The translations under genes and the position numbers were made by a program. Positions 17,022-26,207 of a stretch of 35,012 nucleotides of DNA are shown here, piece after piece. The notes under the pieces were generated by a model. The model worked only from the letters and a program-made list of their open reading frames with translations. It was not told where the DNA came from and searched no databases. Origin of the DNA: Pseudomonadota bacterium (GTDB lineage: Bacteria; Bdellovibrionota_B; Oligoflexia; Oligoflexales; CAIYRB01). Numbering within the stretch: the first letter of the stretch is position 1; each line of letters opens with the position of its first letter. Where the stretch lies: the NCBI GenBank assembly GCA_031416315.1, contig JANOTL010000068.1, positions 1 to 35,012 on the forward strand, written 5' to 3'.

Positions 17022-20000
17022 TCAGTCCCCGCCGCCGCCGCCGACCGCCGCCGCGATGTTCTGCGGCACTTCCCCACCGAGGAAGTCCGCTTTCACGATG
17101 AGATCGTCGAAATTGACGTTTTTGCCGTTCATGCGCGCTTGGCCGGACAAGGATTTCGCCGCCCACTCGTTGTAGACCAGGAACTTCTCCACGGCCGCGA
17201 GCGCTTGCCCATAGAACTTGATCGCTTCCTGCTTCGCGCCGTTGGCGTCACCGGACAGCTGCTTGATGACGTCGGCGCGCGGCGCGCCCTTGATGTCGGG
17301 CGGGTTCGAGAGGTCGTTGTAAAGGAGCTCGCGAGCGTAGCCCATGTGGTACAGCGCCGCGACGCCCCAATAAGCGTCCTTCGTGGCGAGAACCTGCTCG
17401 TAGGCTTGCGACACCTTCACCATCACCGCGATCTTCTGCTGGATCGAGCCGGCCAAGGCGTCGACGGTGCCGCCTTTCAGGCGCATGACCTCGAGCTTCT
17501 TGATCTCGCCCGCCACCTGCTTGAAGACCAGGTTGCCGACGGCGCGGAGCGCCTCACCGGAGACGTTGCCGCCGCCTTTTTGGAAGGTCTGCAGGATCTG
17601 GCCGGCCGCGGCGCCGTTGCCCTTTTGGTAGAGCATGTTGTACGCGACGATCCGCTCTTCCGCGGAGAGGTTGAACTTCGACTCGTAGAGGCGCACGAGG
17701 CTTTGGAGCTTGCCCTCGTCGCCGGAAGAGAAGGCGGCGCGCATCATGCGGGCGAAGATGATCTTGCCGCCGGCTGCGTCCGCCGCGGCGAAGGAAAGGC
17801 AAGTGTTGACGGCGCTGGCGGAGTTGAGCGCGGCTTGGATCTCGCAAGCGTGGGCGAGGGAGCCGATGGCCTCCTTTTCCTTCGGGTATTTGCGGGCGAA
17901 GTCGCCGAAGAACTTGGCGGCGTCCTCGAGCTCGAGGCGGTTCTCCTTCAGCTTGGCGACCTCGAGGAGCGCGACCTTCGCGGCCTCGGAGGTGCCGAAC
18001 TGGTTGATCACGATGGTGTAGGACTTGATGCCCTCGGTGATCTTGCCGCACTTGATGTAGTCGACGCCGGCGTTGTTGATGAGGGCGACCGACTCGGTGC
18101 TCTTCGGGTTTTTCTTGTAGAGCTCTTCATACTTTGCCGCGCGTTTACAGGCGTCCTTCTCCGATTGCGCGACCTCGACCTGCGTCCCGAACTCGAGGGC
18201 CTTCAGCTTCTCGCCGATCTTGCCCTTGGTGTAAGCCGGGATCTTGCGCAGCTCGGCTACGGCTTTCGCGAGGGCCTTCTTGTCCTTGCCGTAGAGCGGG
18301 ATCAGCTGCTCGACCGCGGTCTCGCCTTCTTTCCCGCCCGGGTACTTCTTGGCGAGGAGCCAGAGGTACTTCATCGCCATCTTCTTGTCTTGGCTGCGGT
18401 AGTAGACCTCGGTGATGCCCAGGTCACAGAGCTTGATGTCCTTCTTCTCTTGCGGATACCACTTGGCGTAGTAGCCGCAGGCTTTGACGAAGTTCTTGGC
18501 GTTGTCGCTGATCAGGATCGCGCCCTTGTCGAAGTCGGGCTTCTTCTTCAGCAAGACCTTCAGCTCGGGGTCGAACTGCGTCGCGTAGGCGTCGAGCATG
18601 TAGCGGGCCGCGTCCTTGTGGATCGGTTTCCCCTTGCCCGTCTTCGGATCGTAAATCAGCGCCTTCTCTTTGCCGAGGAGACAGATCTCGAGGTAGAGCT
18701 TGCCGCACTGGTTGAACTGCTTTTGGAAGTAGTAGATGTCGGCCATCAGCCACTTCACTTCGGCCACTTCCTTCGACTTGCCGTAGTTCTTCAGGAAGAG
18801 CTCGTAGCCCTTGACCGCCTGCGCGTAGGTCGCCTTGTTGTCGTCTTTCTGGCCGTTCTTGTGCGTGAGCTTGGCGTAATAAAGGATCTGGTCCTTGATC
18901 ATCTGCTGCGCGGCCAGGTAGGCCTCTTTGTTGTCCTTGTTGGCCTCCGCCCAGCGGCTGCCGGGGCCGAAGAGCTTCGGCATGCGCGCGAGCTCGACCC
19001 AGACGACGGAGAGGCGCGAGAGCTCGAAGTTGAGGCTTACGATCTCTTTCTGCGTGTTCGGCGTCTCTTCGTTGGTCGGCGCCTCGGCCTGGAAGCGCTT
19101 CAGGACTTTGATGGCGTCGTTGAAGGCGCCTTGATCGGCCAAGGTCTGCGACAGGAGGATCAAGAACTTGGCGATGAACTTCTGGCCGCCGTTCGCCTTG
19201 TAGTAGGCGATGGCGGGCTCGACCTGCCTGAGCTCGGCGAAGCCGTAGACCATGTCGCGAAGCGCTTCGTCTTTGAGGGCGGAGCCCTTCTTGCCGATTT
19301 TTCCGGCCTCGGAGACGGTCTGCTTCCAGTACGCGACCGAGGTCTGGTATTGGCCCAGGTTGTAGAAGCACCACGCCAGCTTGAACAAGGACCACGAGTA
19401 CGACTTCGCTTGCTTGAAGCGGAGCGCGTTCTTGTAGTTGTTCATCGCGTTGCGGAAGTCGGTCTTGTCGAAGTAGAAGTCGCCCAACGCGAAGTAGGCG
19501 TCACCGGCCTTCTGCGAGTTCGGGAACTTTTGGATCATCTGCGAGAAGACGCGGGCCGCCTCTTTTTCCTGCTTCAGGAAGTTGTAGGCCAAGCCCATGT
19601 TGAACATGGTGTTGTCGGCGTTCTTCGCGCGCGGATACTCGTCGAGGAGGGTCTGCGCATCGCCGGCCAAGGTCTTCCAGGTGCCCTTCGACTTCGAGTC
19701 GTCGAGCTTCGGCTCCTGGCCCTTCCTGCCGCCGCGGTCCCAGGCTTCCCACTTCTTGTCGTAGGTGCGCATCTCGACGTTGGCGTTGTAGACGGCGGCC
19801 TCGAGCCGGAGGTTGAGCAGGCGCTCGCGCATGTCGAGGCGCGAGGTCGACTTCTTCGGCAGGCGGGCGGCGTTCTTCGAGAGGACGCCGATAGCCTTCT
19901 CGATCTCGGAGAGAAGCTTGCCTTCCGTGGCGACGATGAAGGCTTCGCCGCGCGAGGTCCGGTTGGTCGCCACCTCTTTCTGCGACTTCACGCGCTTCTT

Positions 20001-20120
20001 CTGCTCGACGTCGAGCGTCTCCTTGCCGGTCTTCTTCGTCGTGTCGGCGGCGAACGCCCGGAAAGAGCCCCACAGGAGCGCGACGCACAACAGGATATGT
20101 TTATAGCGGGCGTTCATCAT
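17022..20120 (-). CDS. Large secreted TPR protein, GltD/AgmU-like
   Basis: About 1030 aa with a signal peptide and many TPRs ('DAYFALGDFYF', 'LFKLAWCFYNLG', 'WGVAALYHMG'). ATG 20120 overlaps the upstream stop (ATGA). Confidence 0.8.
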   Translation of the reverse strand: MMNARYKHILLCVALLWGSFRAFAADTTKKTGKETLDVEQKKRVKSQKEVATNRTSRGEAFIVATEGKLLSEIEKAIGVLSKNAARLPKKSTSRLDMRERLLNLRLEAAVYNANVEMRTYDKKWEAWDRGGRKGQEPKLDDSKSKGTWKTLAGDAQTLLDEYPRAKNADNTMFNMGLAYNFLKQEKEAARVFSQMIQKFPNSQKAGDAYFALGDFYFDKTDFRNAMNNYKNALRFKQAKSYSWSLFKLAWCFYNLGQYQTSVAYWKQTVSEAGKIGKKGSALKDEALRDMVYGFAELRQVEPAIAYYKANGGQKFIAKFLILLSQTLADQGAFNDAIKVLKRFQAEAPTNEETPNTQKEIVSLNFELSRLSVVWVELARMPKLFGPGSRWAEANKDNKEAYLAAQQMIKDQILYYAKLTHKNGQKDDNKATYAQAVKGYELFLKNYGKSKEVAEVKWLMADIYYFQKQFNQCGKLYLEICLLGKEKALIYDPKTGKGKPIHKDAARYMLDAYATQFDPELKVLLKKKPDFDKGAILISDNAKNFVKACGYYAKWYPQEKKDIKLCDLGITEVYYRSQDKKMAMKYLWLLAKKYPGGKEGETAVEQLIPLYGKDKKALAKAVAELRKIPAYTKGKIGEKLKALEFGTQVEVAQSEKDACKRAAKYEELYKKNPKSTESVALINNAGVDYIKCGKITEGIKSYTIVINQFGTSEAAKVALLEVAKLKENRLELEDAAKFFGDFARKYPKEKEAIGSLAHACEIQAALNSASAVNTCLSFAAADAAGGKIIFARMMRAAFSSGDEGKLQSLVRLYESKFNLSAEERIVAYNMLYQKGNGAAAGQILQTFQKGGGNVSGEALRAVGNLVFKQVAGEIKKLEVMRLKGGTVDALAGSIQQKIAVMVKVSQAYEQVLATKDAYWGVAALYHMGYARELLYNDLSNPPDIKGAPRADVIKQLSGDANGAKQEAIKFYGQALAAVEKFLVYNEWAAKSLSGQARMNGKNVNFDDLIVKADFLGGEVPQNIAAAVGGGGGD

Positions 20121-21652
20121 TTGCCTTTTTTCCCGCCGGCTTTGCAGAGCGACTCGATGTTGTAGACGTAGCCGCCGAGCTCGTCCTCCCAGTACTCGCC
20201 CTCGAAGGGCCAGTATTCGAGGTCCTGTCCGACGTTCAGCGGCTGCAGTCCGCCGATGAAGTTGGCCTTCTTGTCGGCGTTGCCGACCTTCAGCTTGTCG
20301 CGGATGGCGTCGACTCGGCCCAAGGCGATCTCGGAGTTGATCAAGATCGTCTGGTCCGAGAGCTCCTTCAGGTACGCGTAATAGCCCGAGGTCTTTTCGT
20401 AGAGGCGCCGGCCGGCGTCTTTCACGGCGGCGGTCTTTTTGTTGCGGAGGAAGCTCGCCAGCTCCTCGGAAAGGCCGCCGCCGCTCCAACGGCCCTGGTA
20501 GCGCGAGAGGCGACCGAGCTCGTTGTCGGAGAAGCGGATGGTCGAGCCGGCCTCCTTGTAGACGTCGGTCCGGGAGAGCGAGTCGAGGATCGCCCAGGAG
20601 CGCTTGTAGTCGTTCAAGTTGCCGGTCCGATAGTCGTAGACGAGCTTGAAGAAGCCCTTGGAGTTCGAGGAATAGTTGTCGAGCATCTTCTTCAGGTCCT
20701 CGAACACGCCCTTGTAGCGTCCCTTGAACTTGCCGAGGGAGGCCTTTACCTGCTTATAGCGGCAGAGGCGCAGGAAGGTGATCGCCTGGAGGATGTAGCT
20801 CTCCGGGAAAAAGCGGTTCTCGAAGAAGGGGGAGTGCAGGGTGTGGATCGTGCCTAGTGTATTATTGTGCTTCTGCATCATGAAGAAGGTCCAGGCCGCC
20901 TCGAAGAGCGCCTGCAGCCAGTTGTCGGATTCCCGCGGAATCTGCGCGTAATATTCGATGGCGGAGCGGTAACGCTTCACCTCGTAGTTGACGCGGGCGA
21001 TGTTAAGGTTCGCCTGCTCCTTGATCCACTCGCCGGACTCGCTGGAGCCGCCGCCGGAGCGCACGCGCTCGAAGTAGTTGATGGCCTTCGAGTGGGAGCC
21101 GCGCAGGTTGGCGATGACGCCCAGGTGGAAGGCGGCTTTCAGGCCGTAGGCGCCGCCGTTCGGCACCTTGTTGAAGTAGCTCGCCGCCTGCTCGAACTTG
21201 CGGCGGTTGAAGGCCTCGATGCCCAGATAGTAAAAGTAGAAGCCGCGCGCCGAGCCCGGGACTGCGCTCGGGTCGATCCGCGTCTTGAAGAGCTGGACGA
21301 CGTGCGACTGGCCGAGGCTGATCGTGGTGTTGATCTTCCCCAGCTCCTCCATCGCTTGGCGAAAGAAGGGGTTTCTGCCCTTAGGCCCCTTGCGGACGAT
21401 CACCGAGTAGTACTTCGAGGCCGAGTAGTAGAAGCCCAAGCGCTGCAGAGACTGCGCTAAGCCCCACTCGGCCTTCTCTTTCTCGCCCGGTCCTTGCGGC
21501 GAGCTGTAGGCCTGGAAATACGCTGCCGACGCCGAGATGTAATCCCGGCGGGCAAAAAAGGCCGAGGCCGCCCGATAGTTGGCGAACGCGGGCTCGGCTG
21601 CGATCCCGAAGGCGATCGTCAGAACGAGGATGAGCTTCAGCTTTTTCAGCAC
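20117..21652 (-). CDS. Secreted TPR protein, GltC-like
   Basis: Signal peptide from GTG 21652, 'WLQALFEAAWTFF...TLGTIHTLHSPFF...FPESYIL', and C-terminal 'YWPFEGEYWEDELGGY' typical of GltC. Confidence 0.85.
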   Translation of the reverse strand: MLKKLKLILVLTIAFGIAAEPAFANYRAASAFFARRDYISASAAYFQAYSSPQGPGEKEKAEWGLAQSLQRLGFYYSASKYYSVIVRKGPKGRNPFFRQAMEELGKINTTISLGQSHVVQLFKTRIDPSAVPGSARGFYFYYLGIEAFNRRKFEQAASYFNKVPNGGAYGLKAAFHLGVIANLRGSHSKAINYFERVRSGGGSSESGEWIKEQANLNIARVNYEVKRYRSAIEYYAQIPRESDNWLQALFEAAWTFFMMQKHNNTLGTIHTLHSPFFENRFFPESYILQAITFLRLCRYKQVKASLGKFKGRYKGVFEDLKKMLDNYSSNSKGFFKLVYDYRTGNLNDYKRSWAILDSLSRTDVYKEAGSTIRFSDNELGRLSRYQGRWSGGGLSEELASFLRNKKTAAVKDAGRRLYEKTSGYYAYLKELSDQTILINSEIALGRVDAIRDKLKVGNADKKANFIGGLQPLNVGQDLEYWPFEGEYWEDELGGYVYNIESLCKAGGKKGK

Positions 21653-21671
21653 CGTTTCCGCCCTCTCGCCT

Positions 21672-22394
21672 TCAGAAGAACGTCGACGCGCCAAGCTGCA
21701 ACGTCACGTTGTGATGCAGCTCGGTTCCGATCGGCGTTTCCGGGGTACACGTCCCGTCGCCTTTCTCGTAGGAGAAGATGTAGTCGCGCACATCCCAGCG
21801 CAGACCCGAGGTCGTGCTGATGAAGTACTTTTGGCCGAAGCCGATGATGCCCGTCGGGTAGCTCTTGGTCTGCGCAGCAGGCTTCGGCGGCAGCTCGTCG
21901 ACCTTGTCCGCCGGCGGCTCGATGCACTGTTCGTACGTGTACTCGATTCCCGTCATTCCGCCCTGAATGCTGATGAAGGAGTCGAAGTACACGACGCGTC
22001 CGGAGGAGAGCTGCGTCTTTCCGTAAATCGGCGTCCACAAGAGTCCGCCCTGGGCAATGTATTGCGTGCGCAGGATCTGCGTCTTGATGTCGAACTCGTC
22101 GTCGAGGATCCGCTTGTCCTCCTTGTCGATCGAGAAGCCGTAAGAGCCGCCGACCTCAAGCGCGAACATCTCGCTGAAGTGATAGTCGAGGAGGCCCGTC
22201 AGCATGAGCGTGTAGATGAAGGACTGGTTCATGATCAGGGTGCCTTCGGCGCCGATCTCGACCCGCCCGCGCTTCTGCATGTACTTCGGGCGGATGACGC
22301 GGATCTCGTAGTTCGAGAACTGCGCGTACGCCGGCGAGTCGGCCAGGGCCGAGATCCCGAGCGCTCCCAGAAGTAGAAGGCCGACCCTGTTCAT
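21672..22394 (-). CDS. Outer-membrane beta-barrel protein, GltA/GltB-like
   Basis: Signal peptide, 'LLWTPIYGK' motif, amphipathic strands, C-terminal Phe ('GASTFF'), and position in the agl-glt operon. Confidence 0.8.
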   Translation of the reverse strand: MNRVGLLLLGALGISALADSPAYAQFSNYEIRVIRPKYMQKRGRVEIGAEGTLIMNQSFIYTLMLTGLLDYHFSEMFALEVGGSYGFSIDKEDKRILDDEFDIKTQILRTQYIAQGGLLWTPIYGKTQLSSGRVVYFDSFISIQGGMTGIEYTYEQCIEPPADKVDELPPKPAAQTKSYPTGIIGFGQKYFISTTSGLRWDVRDYIFSYEKGDGTCTPETPIGTELHHNVTLQLGASTFF

Positions 22395-22888
22395 GAGTCC
22401 CCTTTGGCGACCATCAGCTTAAAGTTCACGAACTCTGCCTGTTGCGCCGAGAGCATGATGCGCTTCATCAGCTTGAACCGATGATTCGCGTCCATCTCCA
22501 TGGTGATCGTGCCCGCCTTCACTTTGTCGAGGTCGGTCTGGACGCGGCGCATCGCGCGCTTGTTCGCCTCCATCAACTTCTCGAGCTCCTTGAAGACGGG
22601 GAAGATCGCGCCTTGCGCCTGGTCCTTCAGCGGGACGTCGCCGTTCTCGATCACGGTCACGGGCTTGCCGTTGATCTTCAGCTCTTTTTTGGTCACGACG
22701 ATCGCGGGCTCTTCGTCGAGCGCTTGGATGGTGATCGACTCGGGGAGCTCCATGCCGGCGTTGGCGGCGTAGGTCACCGGGTCGGTGGAGAAGCTCATGA
22801 GCAGGAACGTGATCAAGATGCTGAAGATATCCAGCATCGGCATCATGTTTAACTCTACGTCGTCTGATCCACTACTTACGCTAGCCAC
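22391..22888 (-). CDS. ExbD/TolR-family protein (AglS-like)
   Basis: 'ELNMMPMLDIFSILITFLLMSFS' with the conserved TM Asp. Third gene of the TolQ-TolR-TolR triplet. Confidence 0.88.
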   Translation of the reverse strand: MASVSSGSDDVELNMMPMLDIFSILITFLLMSFSTDPVTYAANAGMELPESITIQALDEEPAIVVTKKELKINGKPVTVIENGDVPLKDQAQGAIFPVFKELEKLMEANKRAMRRVQTDLDKVKAGTITMEMDANHRFKLMKRIMLSAQQAEFVNFKLMVAKGDS

Positions 22889-22902
22889 GGGGCCTCCTCA
22901 GA

Positions 22903-23457
22903 TCAAAGAATCACGCTCGCCATCACGACCTTCTTGAACAGGAACTCGCGCGCCTCGGCGATCTGGCCGGGAGAGGCGCCCGCCTTCACGGGGAACTGTT
23001 GGTCCGTGTTGAGCCGGAGCTTCACCGCGTCCAGTGTCTTCGTGATGTTCTTGAGGATGACGTCGTCCTCGGTGAAGAGCTGCACGCTGTTCGCGGTCGG
23101 GTCCATCTTTTTGACCTCGACCATGAACTTGTGCAGATCCTTGTCCCAGGTCTTGACGTTCGTCATGAACTTCTTCTTGTTCTCGTTGATCGGCGGCATG
23201 GTGAACGCCGCCGTCACCTCGACCCAATCCTTCTCCATGTCGACTTTGACGTCGAGCGAGCGCTCCGTATCCTTCTTCTCCGGCGGGGCCGTGGTGAGGA
23301 ACGGGATCTGCACCTCGATGATGCCCAAAGCCGTGAAGACGGCCGTCATCAGCAAGAACGTCGTCAACATCGAGAAAACGTCGATGAAGGGGATGATGTT
23401 CAAGGCGATGTCGGAGTACTTGATCTCTAGCTTCTTCTTTTTTTTCTTGCCGCTCAT
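22903..23457 (-). CDS. ExbD/TolR-family protein (AglQ-like)
   Basis: 'LNIIPFIDVFSMLTTFLLMTAVF' with the conserved TM Asp. Second gene of the triplet. Confidence 0.88.
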   Translation of the reverse strand: MSGKKKKKKLEIKYSDIALNIIPFIDVFSMLTTFLLMTAVFTALGIIEVQIPFLTTAPPEKKDTERSLDVKVDMEKDWVEVTAAFTMPPINENKKKFMTNVKTWDKDLHKFMVEVKKMDPTANSVQLFTEDDVILKNITKTLDAVKLRLNTDQQFPVKAGASPGQIAEAREFLFKKVVMASVIL

Positions 23458-23461
23458 AAAC

Positions 23462-24148
23462 TCACTCGTCGCCCGAGGCGTGGGTGAAGGTGCCGGTTCC
23501 GCCGCCCTTGAGCTTCATCTTCCGGGTGTAGAGAAGGTCGACGAGGCGCGCGACGTTCTTGTTGATGTCGGCGGAGACCGCCTGCTGCTTCAGGGAGAGG
23601 AGGCCGAACGCGAAGAGACACATCAGAGCGGTTCCGAGACCGTAAGAGGTCGCGGTCAAGGCTTCGGCGATACCGGCGGCGAGGGCCGTCTGCTTCGCGG
23701 CGCCGGAGAGCTTCGCGGCGGCGGCGAAGGAGCTCATCAGGCCGAAGATCGTGCCGAGGAGGCCGAGCAGCGTCGCCACGTTAGCGGTCGTGCCGACGAA
23801 AGGAAGAATCCGCGTCAGCTTCGGCAGGGCGGTTAAGGTCGCGGTATCGAGCGCGTGGCCGATCTCCTCGGAGGAGTCGTTGGCGCGCTTCAGGCCCTCG
23901 GAGATCACGTACGGCACGAGCTTCGGGCGGGCCTTTTTACATAAGCGTATGGCGTTCTCTATCGAGTTGTTCATGACCATCTTCTGAATGGCCGCCATGA
24001 ATCCCGAGCTGTTCGCAAGGTCATACTGGAGCCAGTACCGATAGGCCCGCTCCGTGATGATCGCGATGGACACGAAAAGGGTCAGCGTGATCGCCGCCAT
24101 GATCTCGTGGCCGCCTTCCTCGAACTTGTGCGCAATGAAATCCAGCAT
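23462..24148 (-). CDS. MotA/TolQ/ExbB proton-channel protein (AglR-like)
   Basis: 'ANVATLLGLLGTIFGLMSSF' and 'LAAGIAEALTATSYGL'. RBS GGAGG upstream. Confidence 0.92.
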   Translation of the reverse strand: MLDFIAHKFEEGGHEIMAAITLTLFVSIAIITERAYRYWLQYDLANSSGFMAAIQKMVMNNSIENAIRLCKKARPKLVPYVISEGLKRANDSSEEIGHALDTATLTALPKLTRILPFVGTTANVATLLGLLGTIFGLMSSFAAAAKLSGAAKQTALAAGIAEALTATSYGLGTALMCLFAFGLLSLKQQAVSADINKNVARLVDLLYTRKMKLKGGGTGTFTHASGDE

Positions 24149-24277
24149 CCTAAATCCTCCGTTCCTCTCTGTGCGCGGCTTTCGCGGTGGGTCCCGCCGC
24201 TATGCCGCTCCACTAGTGCCGTCCGCCGCTGTCACCCGATCAGCGACGTAGAAGGCTAATGTATGGGTTTTACTAAA

Positions 24278-24307
24278 ATTTTAGGGACCCTCACCCCATG
24301 CTGTCAA
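24278..24307 (-). promoter_or_regulatory. Sigma70-type promoter for the agl-glt operon
   Basis: Minus strand TTGACA (24307-24302), 18-nt spacer, TAAAAT (24283-24278). Confidence 0.7.
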
Positions 24308-24427
24308 CGGGGGGGGGTCATTTTGGTAAATGCGCCCCCTCCTTCCCGGCCGTCCTCACGTCGGCTAGACTGGAAGAGCAATGGCATAATTCGAAGATTT
24401 TTTTCTGCGGCGTAGGAAGCGCTGTCG

Positions 24428-25384
24428 ATGGGCAAGCAAGTCCTATACGTCGACATACCCGGGAGGAAGCCTCTCCCGGAGGCGTCCGTATTGCGCGTCG
24501 CGGGCACGAGCGCCGAGATCATCGGCGTCACCGATCCGCAGTCCGCGATGGCGGTGGTCCGGACGACGCCTGGGATCGACATCCTGGTCTGCAACAGCCC
24601 GGAGCCGGAGATCTTCAGCCTCGCCCGAGAGCTACAGCCCAAGATGCGCACGGTGCTGGTCACCGAGAGCACGATGGAGCAGTACTCGAAGCAGCTCCTC
24701 GGTAAAGAGGACACGCTCATCGACCACGTCGTCGCCAACCGGGTGCCGGCGCACTGGACGATCAACGAGCTGCGCGTCACCGTGCAGAAGATCTTGCGCG
24801 CCGACATCTTCGGGATCAACAAGTACCTGGCCCCGGCGACGCCGATCCAGGAGCTGACGGTGAAGGGCTCGAACGACCGCGAGACCTTCAACACCATGGT
24901 GATGAATTTCGCCGAGGAAAACCGGCTCGGACAGTACATGGCGAAGCTCGTTTTCGGGATCACCGAAGAGCTTTTGATGAACGCGATCTACGACGCGCCG
25001 GTCGCGGGCGGGCATCACCATTATGGCGAGCTGCCGCGCACGACCTCCGTGGAGCTCCGGCCCGACGAGTACTCGAAGCTCAATTTCGGCTGCGATGGCT
25101 CCGTCTTCGGCATCTCGGTCGCGGATCCGTTCGGGGCGCTCACGCGCCAGAAGCTCTTCCAGTACCTGAAAAAGGTGCTGCGCCGCTCAGATTCGACGAA
25201 TTTGATCGACACGAAGAAGGGGGGCGCCGGCCTCGGCCTCTTCAAGATCCTTTACAGCAGCCATTCGCTGATCTGTAATGTGGAGCCGCAGAAGTGCACC
25301 GAGGTCATGGCGTTGATCGATATTCAGCACCAGGTGCGAGATTTTTCGAAGATGGCGCGGTCGGTGCACTACTTCGAAACTTGA
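24428..25384 (+). CDS. Degenerate receiver-like domain + HATPase_c (anti-sigma/Ser kinase-like) domain protein
   Basis: N-box 'EELLMNAIYDA', 'SVADPFG' and G2 box 'GAGLGL'. The N-terminal alpha/beta region is receiver-like ('QVLYVD', 'IDILVCN', 'TVLVT'). Confidence 0.7.
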   Translation: MGKQVLYVDIPGRKPLPEASVLRVAGTSAEIIGVTDPQSAMAVVRTTPGIDILVCNSPEPEIFSLARELQPKMRTVLVTESTMEQYSKQLLGKEDTLIDHVVANRVPAHWTINELRVTVQKILRADIFGINKYLAPATPIQELTVKGSNDRETFNTMVMNFAEENRLGQYMAKLVFGITEELLMNAIYDAPVAGGHHHYGELPRTTSVELRPDEYSKLNFGCDGSVFGISVADPFGALTRQKLFQYLKKVLRRSDSTNLIDTKKGGAGLGLFKILYSSHSLICNVEPQKCTEVMALIDIQHQVRDFSKMARSVHYFET

Positions 25385-25420
25385 CGACGGGCTCGCCTTC
25401 GCTGAACGGCCGGCCGGGCC

Positions 25421-26191
25421 TCATTTAGCCTCGTTCAAGCCCCAGTCGTAGTCGAGATAATCGACGTCCGGCTCCTTCGCCGCATACGCCTTTTTCGCGG
25501 CTTCCGGGCCGTACTTCGTGACGACGGCCTTCACGCCGCCGCCCCAGTCCTCGAAATCCTTCTTGTACCAGTCGAAGAGCTTCGACAGCTCGAGCTCGCC
25601 CTTCGCCGCGTCGTACTTGTTCCGGCTCGGATCGGCGAGCCAGTTCTGCATCTGCTCGTCGAGCTGGAGGTCGAGCCGGGCGCCGACGAAAGCCTCGCGG
25701 CGCAAAGGTGGGCAGGAGATCGAGGCGCAATTCACCGCGGCATGAATGCGGAAGTCTTTGAACTGCGGGCGGAGCCATTCGTGCTCGATCGGGTCGAGCG
25801 CCTTCAAGGCGCCGCCGAAGAGCGAGAAGAACTCGACCGACCAGGGCTTGGTCAGGATGCCGCCGATCTTCTTGATGGAGGCGACTGGGTAATGGTCGAC
25901 GATCAGCTTCACGGTTAGGGCGTTGTAGGCGTTGATGAGAAACGCCATCTTGTCGCCTTTGGACCAGCCCTCCCACTCGGCCTTCGGCACCGCCTGGAGG
26001 GCCGCGAGGTAGGTGTTTAGGGGATGCGCCTTGTCGGCCGCGTCCGCCTTCAGGTCCTTGTAGCGGACCATCCCTTTGTCGGTCTGGTACTTCTTCAGCA
26101 CGCCGTCCCAGCCGGCGTGCGTCTGGTCGAAACCGAATGCCGGCGCGGCCAGCGCCAGCGCGAAGATCACGCTCAAGAGTCTCGTCATCAT
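25421..26191 (-). CDS. DUF547 domain secreted protein
   Basis: Signal peptide, 'AFLINAYNALT', 'IEHEWLR', 'RIHAAVNCASISCPPL', 'LSKLFDWYKKDF' and 'YDWGLN'. Confidence 0.92.
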   Translation of the reverse strand: MMTRLLSVIFALALAAPAFGFDQTHAGWDGVLKKYQTDKGMVRYKDLKADAADKAHPLNTYLAALQAVPKAEWEGWSKGDKMAFLINAYNALTVKLIVDHYPVASIKKIGGILTKPWSVEFFSLFGGALKALDPIEHEWLRPQFKDFRIHAAVNCASISCPPLRREAFVGARLDLQLDEQMQNWLADPSRNKYDAAKGELELSKLFDWYKKDFEDWGGGVKAVVTKYGPEAAKKAYAAKEPDVDYLDYDWGLNEAK

Positions 26192-26207
26192 CCCCTACCC
26201 CCGCGGC

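Noticed and set aside
17139..20165. 1008-aa plus-strand ORF (also 13664-15862, 26076-27788, 27752-28945, 33525-34889 and similar)
   Set aside because: Antisense shadows of clearly recognisable genes. Strong GC3 codon bias removes stops on the opposite strand, and the translations have no motifs.
20121..20489. N-terminal extensions in the ORF track (gltD-like to 20489; also 10211, 28582, 4476, 33500)
   Set aside because: They overlap neighbouring genes. Signal peptides, RBSs and stop/start overlaps point to the shorter starts used above.
24149..24272. GC-rich leader of the agl-glt operon as a possible c-di-GMP or other riboswitch
   Set aside because: No GEMM or other riboswitch consensus was recognisable by eye. 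An Rfam cmscan would be needed to exclude it.
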